Shown: one piece after another, positions 59,155 through 64,000 of the stretch | Layout of the letters: each line of letters opens with the position of its first letter | How positions within the stretch are numbered: position 1 is the stretch's first letter | NCBI GenBank assembly: GCA_963666315.2 | Contig: CAXXHG010000041.1 | Span: 1 to 64,000 of the forward strand | DNA from: Candidatus Binatia bacterium | Lineage (GTDB): Bacteria; Desulfobacterota; Binatia; Bin18 | Direction: 5' to 3' | Length of the DNA: 64,000 nt | Made by a program: the position numbers and the translations under genes | The notes under the pieces: generated by a model | Database searches by the model: none | What the model was told of the DNA's origin: nothing | What the model saw: only the letters and a program-made list of their open reading frames with translations

Positions 59155-59976
59155 ATGAGTTATTGGCAAACGGAATTCAGCGATGGAGTTGTGATCGCAA
59201 AGTACAACAATCCACCCATGAACTATTTCTGTGCTGAAGGCACGCAAGAGTTATGGAAGCTGATCGAAGAATGGCGCGATCCTTCCATTCGAGCCGTTGT
59301 TTTGACCGGCGCGATGGAAGGCAAGTTTATCACCCACTACAGCGTGGAGGAGCTGGTTGATCTGGCCAAGGATCGCGAAGCCATGCGGCTGGCGGGCACT
59401 TCGCTCACCGCTTCCTATCACGCCATGCTCAAAAACCTGAGCGACTTACCCAAGGCCATCATCGTGGCCATGAACGGCGATACCATGGGCGGCGGCTTTG
59501 AGCTGAGTCTCTCGTGTGATCTGCGCATTGGACAAAAAGGCGACTACCGCTTTGGATTTCCAGAAGTCAAACTCGGTATTCTGCCCGGTGGCAGCGGCAC
59601 CCAGCGGCTCTCACGGTTGATTGGCGTCGGACGGGCGCTTGAGTTTGTCATTCGCTCGCGCGTGGTCCGGCCGGAAGTAGCACTCTCTTTTGGGCTGGTG
59701 CACGAAGTTGTGGATGATGCCCTCGCGCGGGCGACGGAAATCGCGCGTGAGATTGCCAATTTCCCGCCGATCGCGGTAGCCCGGGCCAAACACGCGGTCT
59801 ATGCGGGCAGTGACGCCCACCTCGCGGCTGGACTGGATATCGAAAGTTCAGCGTTTTTGGAGACCATGCTGTCCGAAGACGGCCTACTGGCCATGCAAAC
59901 GTATATCGGTCTGCCGTATGACATGCGCCGCGACTGGCTCGATAACCCCACCAACCCTGGCTATACGGGCAAGTAG
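59155..59976 (+). CDS. enoyl-CoA hydratase/isomerase
   Basis: MGGGFELSLSCDLR and PEVKLGILPGGSGTQRL. Confidence 0.92.
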   Translation: MSYWQTEFSDGVVIAKYNNPPMNYFCAEGTQELWKLIEEWRDPSIRAVVLTGAMEGKFITHYSVEELVDLAKDREAMRLAGTSLTASYHAMLKNLSDLPKAIIVAMNGDTMGGGFELSLSCDLRIGQKGDYRFGFPEVKLGILPGGSGTQRLSRLIGVGRALEFVIRSRVVRPEVALSFGLVHEVVDDALARATEIAREIANFPPIAVARAKHAVYAGSDAHLAAGLDIESSAFLETMLSEDGLLAMQTYIGLPYDMRRDWLDNPTNPGYTGK

Positions 59977-59999
59977 CAGAATCTCTCCTCTGAGAGAAA

Positions 60000-60034
60000 T
60001 CTCCCCATACCCCCCTTTAGGATAAAGGGGGGAA
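60000..60034. repeat. palindromic CCCCCCTTT-AAAGGGGGG element
   Basis: Hairpin between convergent genes. Confidence 0.5.
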
Positions 60035-60050
60035 TTCTCCTCGTTCTGTC

Positions 60051-60389
60051 TCAGAGGCGTCTTTCGAGCACTTCACGCTGCGGCGTGACCTGAAAGCGGA
60101 TGCCTTCGTGCTTTTGCAGCAGCGCCATGAGATCGAAGAGATTGCGAGCGGCGGGATTGCCCTTGGGGCCAAGCATGCGCATCAAACTCGTGTCTTTCTT
60201 CCCGGTCACACGCACAAGCTCCTGAAAGCCGATGGTCGCGTTGATGTAGTCCCGCAGGATAATCGTCCCGGTCGTAAGATCTCCGCCGAGAAAGCACTCA
60301 ATGGCTTCCGTCAGCAACCCTTCCCGGAATTCCAGATCACGCCGCGCCCGGGCCATGACGGTGCCTTTGAAATCACGAGTAAGAGCCAT
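60051..60389 (-). CDS. addiction module antidote (HTH antitoxin)
   Basis: MALTRDFK...LRDYINATIGF...SLMRMLGPKGNP. Confidence 0.87.
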   Translation of the reverse strand: MALTRDFKGTVMARARRDLEFREGLLTEAIECFLGGDLTTGTIILRDYINATIGFQELVRVTGKKDTSLMRMLGPKGNPAARNLFDLMALLQKHEGIRFQVTPQREVLERRL

Positions 60390-60390
60390 C

Positions 60391-60612
60391 TCACCGTTCC
60401 TTTCTCTTGCGGGCCTGATACAGAGTCCACCGCTCCCGCGCTGCGACGATATCCTGTTGCTGGCGTTTCTTTATCCCGCCGGCAAGGAGGATAATCAGTT
60501 GCGTCCCAGCTTTAGCAAAATACACCCGGTAGCGGGGGCCAAAATCAATCTTGCATTCCGAGACTCCGCCGCCGGCGCATCCAAACATAAATGTTAGCAT
60601 TTGCCAGATCAA
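60391..60612 (-). pseudogene. RelE/ParE-type addiction killer toxin, 5'-truncated
   Basis: GGGVSECKIDFGPRYRVYF...LLAGG.K..QQQDI; the N-terminal half is missing. Confidence 0.78.
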
Positions 60613-60753
60613 GAGAAAGAAATCTGAGGGGGATGAGAACTTTCAAATGATTCTGGCCAAGAATTTCCCCCAAAACAGAAAAATATACGGCGCTATAGTC
60701 TAATCATAATATTATTTATTGTGAATATATCATAACTCTAGTATGCTGCATCC

Positions 60754-61044
60754 ATGCCTACCCAGTCAGCAGAAAAGAAAATCCTCAGCGTACCCATCCC
60801 CTCCGCTTTGAATATATTCATTCAGGAGCGCCTCAAAACCAAGGGGTTTCACACGGTCAGCGAGTATGTGCGCTCCTTGATCCGGGCCGATCAGGAAGCC
60901 GCATCCCGTCATGAGGTTGAGGCGACGCTCTTGGAAGCGGTTGAGCGGGGCGATTACCGCGAGGTCACCCCGGAATTCTTGCAACGCATAGAAGCAGCAG
61001 CCACCGGGAAATCCGCGCGGAAACGTAAGCCGAGGAAGTCGTGA
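60754..61044 (+). CDS. ParD-like RHH antitoxin
   Basis: SVPIP...GFHTVSEYVRSLIRADQ; the overlapping GTG (61041) of a cognate toxin runs into unrelated sequence. Confidence 0.8.
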   Translation: MPTQSAEKKILSVPIPSALNIFIQERLKTKGFHTVSEYVRSLIRADQEAASRHEVEATLLEAVERGDYREVTPEFLQRIEAAATGKSARKRKPRKS

Positions 61045-61145
61045 AGCGGCGTCTTTTCATTGAGCGACTAAAATTTCACGCTTTTAGTTCTCATACGCTT
61101 ATTCGAGCGTTTGCGAGACTTACAAAAAGTAATACAAGAAACTCC

Positions 61146-61885
61146 TTATTTCTTTCCCACTTGCTTGTTCAGGGCATTCAAGATAAATCCCGGGGCAATG
61201 CGAGACATCAGTTTCATTTGAGAAGCTTGCCCAGGCGTTATTTCATGTTTATTCTTCGAAAAAGCAGCCATAAATTTTGTTACCAGTTGCTCCGGCTCCA
61301 TCATTGGAAATTCTTGGTAATCTTCCACTATCTCCGTCCTCACAAGGGGACGGATTAGTTCGAATACTTTTACCGAGCTATTTTTAAGTTGATAGCGCAG
61401 CGAACGGCTCCAAGAGTGCATTGCTGCCTTTGTCGCACAATATATCGGGGTTAGGGCGAGTGGCACGAAGGCTAAGACATACCCGACATTCACGATAGCA
61501 GCTGAAGGGTGTTTTAGAAGAAAAGGGAGAAAAAAGTGAGCCATCCGAACAGGCCCACTGAAATCAATGTCGATTTCCCCTAGCTGCTGTTCCAGACTCG
61601 CTCCGCCTTCGGAGTAATCGGTCTCTTGAAGAATGCCCGCATTATTGACGAGGACATTGATAATCTTACCGTGTTCCTCTGCCAACGTTTTAATTTGTCG
61701 TTGATCGGTAACATCACAGACCCTGTACTCAGCCTTTCCGAGTTTCTGACAAGCAGTCTGTAACTTTGACTCACTTCTCCCTGTAATCAAAACAGTGCTA
61801 CCGTTTTGGACGAAAGCCAGCGCTAACTGGAAACCGATTCCAGAGTCCCCTCCTGTAACGAGCACGCTATTTCCAGATATTTTCT
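61146..61885 (-). pseudogene. SDR oxidoreductase (DltE-like), AT-rich, start codon damaged
   Basis: KISGNSVLVTGGDSGIG, NNAG and YCATK; no ATG in frame; atypical NVGYV and ELIRP. Confidence 0.7.
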
Positions 61886-62319
61886 ATAATTTCATCTTCT
61901 TATCGGGCCAGTGAGGGAATCTCAACAAAGGCCTATGGTTCTGAATTTTGGCTGAGGCGATTACCAGAACAAATTTTCGCCTGATTTGGTTTTTTCCTTG
62001 ATTTTTGCAGGGTTAGCCACGACTGCCAGAAAAATAGACGGATCCTGTTAGCCAACCCCAAAAGAGAGAAAAATTCGACAGAGGAATAGCTTCATCGAAC
62101 GAAGGGGAGCCGCGAAATCCTATGCAGGAAGGCAGTTTACCGACGTGAAAATAGGCTCGCCAAGGTATCTGCCCGTTCTTTGGAATTGGATGGATAAATG
62201 GATGGAAACAGATGACTTATTGGATAACGGCCCGAAAACATCAACGTCCGCAATGAATTATAGACGAGATTGCTGCATGCTTTTGCGACCCCTGGGACGA
62301 TTGGCGGAGGGAATTCGCC

Positions 62320-62823
62320 TCACCACGGGCGCCGGAACTCACACTTCGGCAGCTTACCCTGAAGTGCATCGATGCCACCCCGGCTCGCTAGCGTACTGCG
62401 CAGATTGAGTACGCGTAGGCCGGATAGCCCCTGCAGATGGACCAAGCCCGCGTCACTAATACGAGTGTCATAGAGCCACAGCACCCGCAGGCCAGTCAGA
62501 TGCTCCAAATGCGCAAGGCTGATGTTATTTACGCGCGAGGCAGAAAGCTGAAGGAATTGGATAGCGTTCGGGTCGATCGCGCCGAAGGGCGATAGATCGG
62601 TTGACGCTTGTGGGTTGACATTGAGCCGGAGCTCTTTACCCGCCGGAATCGCACTGCCGCCCTGCGCCCGACCAATGGATTCCCAAAAGGCGTAGGCGTC
62701 CGCATGGTGGACGCCATCTCGGACAAAGAGTTCCCCCATTGAACGATCCGTAGGAAACTGGATGGTTCGGGCAGGGAGTAGCACACTCTCTTCGGCAGTA
62801 TTTCCGTTGTTCACACCAATCAC
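62320..62823 (-). CDS. leucine-rich repeat protein
   Basis: LEHLTGLRVLWLYDTRISDAGLVHLQGLSGLRVLNL. Confidence 0.75.
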   Translation of the reverse strand: MIGVNNGNTAEESVLLPARTIQFPTDRSMGELFVRDGVHHADAYAFWESIGRAQGGSAIPAGKELRLNVNPQASTDLSPFGAIDPNAIQFLQLSASRVNNISLAHLEHLTGLRVLWLYDTRISDAGLVHLQGLSGLRVLNLRSTLASRGGIDALQGKLPKCEFRRPW

Positions 62824-62915
62824 GGCCAGGATACTATCTTCCTATGTAGGCGACCTTAGAATGCATAACAAAACTGCCTGGAGTACGTTGTCAGCGCCCC
62901 AACCCTGCCCCCCTG

Positions 62916-62995
62916 GATTCCCGTTTCCACGGGAATGACAGTCCTTCTTGTATCATATCTGCGAAAGCAGGTATCCAGGCCTACGGGACAAGACG
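62916..62995. repeat. REP-like element, copy 2
   Basis: Matches 22983-23059. Confidence 0.8.
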
Positions 62996-63013
62996 GGAGT
63001 TCGTTAGTGGCCC

Positions 63014-64000
63014 TTAGGCATTCACGTCAATCACGACGCGGCCGCGGACTTGCCCCTTTAAGATTTGCGGAGCGAGCTCCAATACTTTCGATATGGGTTC
63101 AACAACCGTCATGGCATCCAGCTTTTCAATCGGCAAGTCTTGAGCCAACCGATCCCAGGCAGTCTGCCGCTTGGGATTCGGACATACGACCGAGTCTACA
63201 CCTATCAAACTCACATTACGCAGGATAAACGGCAGGACCGACGTTGGTAGATCGGTTCCCCCGGCCAGACCGCAGGCGGCAACCGCCCCACCATAACAGG
63301 TCCCGCGCAGGACCGATGCCAAGGTCTCCCCACCAACCGAGTCCACTCCGCCCGCCCAGCGTTCGGCATCAAGCGGACGGCCCGACGGCGTGGCGAGTTC
63401 AGCCCGTTCAACTATCGTGGCTGCACCGAGTCCGGTCAGATAGTCGCACAACTCAGTTCGACCGGTTGAGGCCGCAACCTGATAGCCGAGCTTGGCCAGC
63501 ACGGCAACGGCCACGCTACCGACCCCACCCGCGGCCCCAGTCACAATAACTTCTTTGTCTCCAGGTCTGACGCCCATGCGTTCAAGATCCAAGATGCACA
63601 GCATGGCGGTATAACCAGCGGTCCCCACGGCCATCGCTTGTTTGAGACTGAAGGCTGCAGGGACACGGGTCAACCATTCGGATTTGACGCGCTGTTTCTG
63701 GGCATAGCCACCGCCGTGAGTCATGCTCAGCTCCCAGCCGGTGATGAGGACTTGATCGCCCGGCTTATAATCCGGCGAGCGTGAGGACTCGACCGTCCCA
63801 GCCAGGTCGATGCCACAGATCATCGGGTAGGTGCGTGCAATGGGCGCTGTGCCTGTTACGGCCAAGCCGTCTTTATAGTTGAGGGTTGAATAAGCGACGC
63901 TGACCGTGACATCACCCTCCGGCAAGTCGTCTATTGTAATTTCTTGCAGTGAGGCAGAGATTTTTTTCTCAACTCTGTTTATAATAACCGCTTGTATGGT
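63014..64000 (-). CDS. acuI: YhdH/AcuI family acryloyl-CoA reductase (MDR); start just outside the window
   Basis: YSTLNYKDGLA, GTAGYTAMLC, TGAAGGVGS, LPFILRNV and GQVRGRVVIDV; frame open to the window edge. Confidence 0.88.
   Translation of the reverse strand, partial: TIQAVIINRVEKKISASLQEITIDDLPEGDVTVSVAYSTLNYKDGLAVTGTAPIARTYPMICGIDLAGTVESSRSPDYKPGDQVLITGWELSMTHGGGYAQKQRVKSEWLTRVPAAFSLKQAMAVGTAGYTAMLCILDLERMGVRPGDKEVIVTGAAGGVGSVAVAVLAKLGYQVAASTGRTELCDYLTGLGAATIVERAELATPSGRPLDAERWAGGVDSVGGETLASVLRGTCYGGAVAACGLAGGTDLPTSVLPFILRNVSLIGVDSVVCPNPKRQTAWDRLAQDLPIEKLDAMTVVEPISKVLELAPQILKGQVRGRVVIDVNA

Noticed and set aside
1-64000. Genome-wide UGA reassignment (Trp or Gly) as the explanation for the in-frame TGAs
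   Set aside because: Many genes end normally at TGA (tetR, mazF, BVMO), Trp is encoded by TGG, and read-through TGAs occur only at Cys-motif positions

Overview
GC-rich (~60%) bacterial window with many redox and catabolic genes: acyl-CoA dehydrogenases, amidohydrolases, LLM/PPOX/Ddn flavin- or F420-type enzymes, GSTs, SDRs, a BVMO and epoxide/haloalkane hydrolases. The main hidden signal is six genes that the ORF track splits at an in-frame TGA. In each, the TGA sits at a redox-cysteine position (CxxU or UxxC) and is followed by a bacterial SECIS-like hairpin with a shared YC-GKG apex. Four are AhpD/CMD-like proteins, three of them in tandem in one apparent operon. One is a GrdB/PrdB-like protein, and one is a peroxiredoxin-like protein fused to a DsbD-N-like domain. 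These are most likely unannotated selenoproteins, although no selA/selB/selC/selD is in the window. The window also has four disrupted class III cyclase-STAND ATPase-TPR paralogs, several REP/MITE-like repeat families (one inserts in frame into proteins), a tRNA-Arg 3' remnant and TA modules. Signs of gene decay include nonsense mutations, microhomology deletions, chimeric gene junctions and a quasi-palindrome correction. All family calls are from motif recognition by eye; no database search was run.
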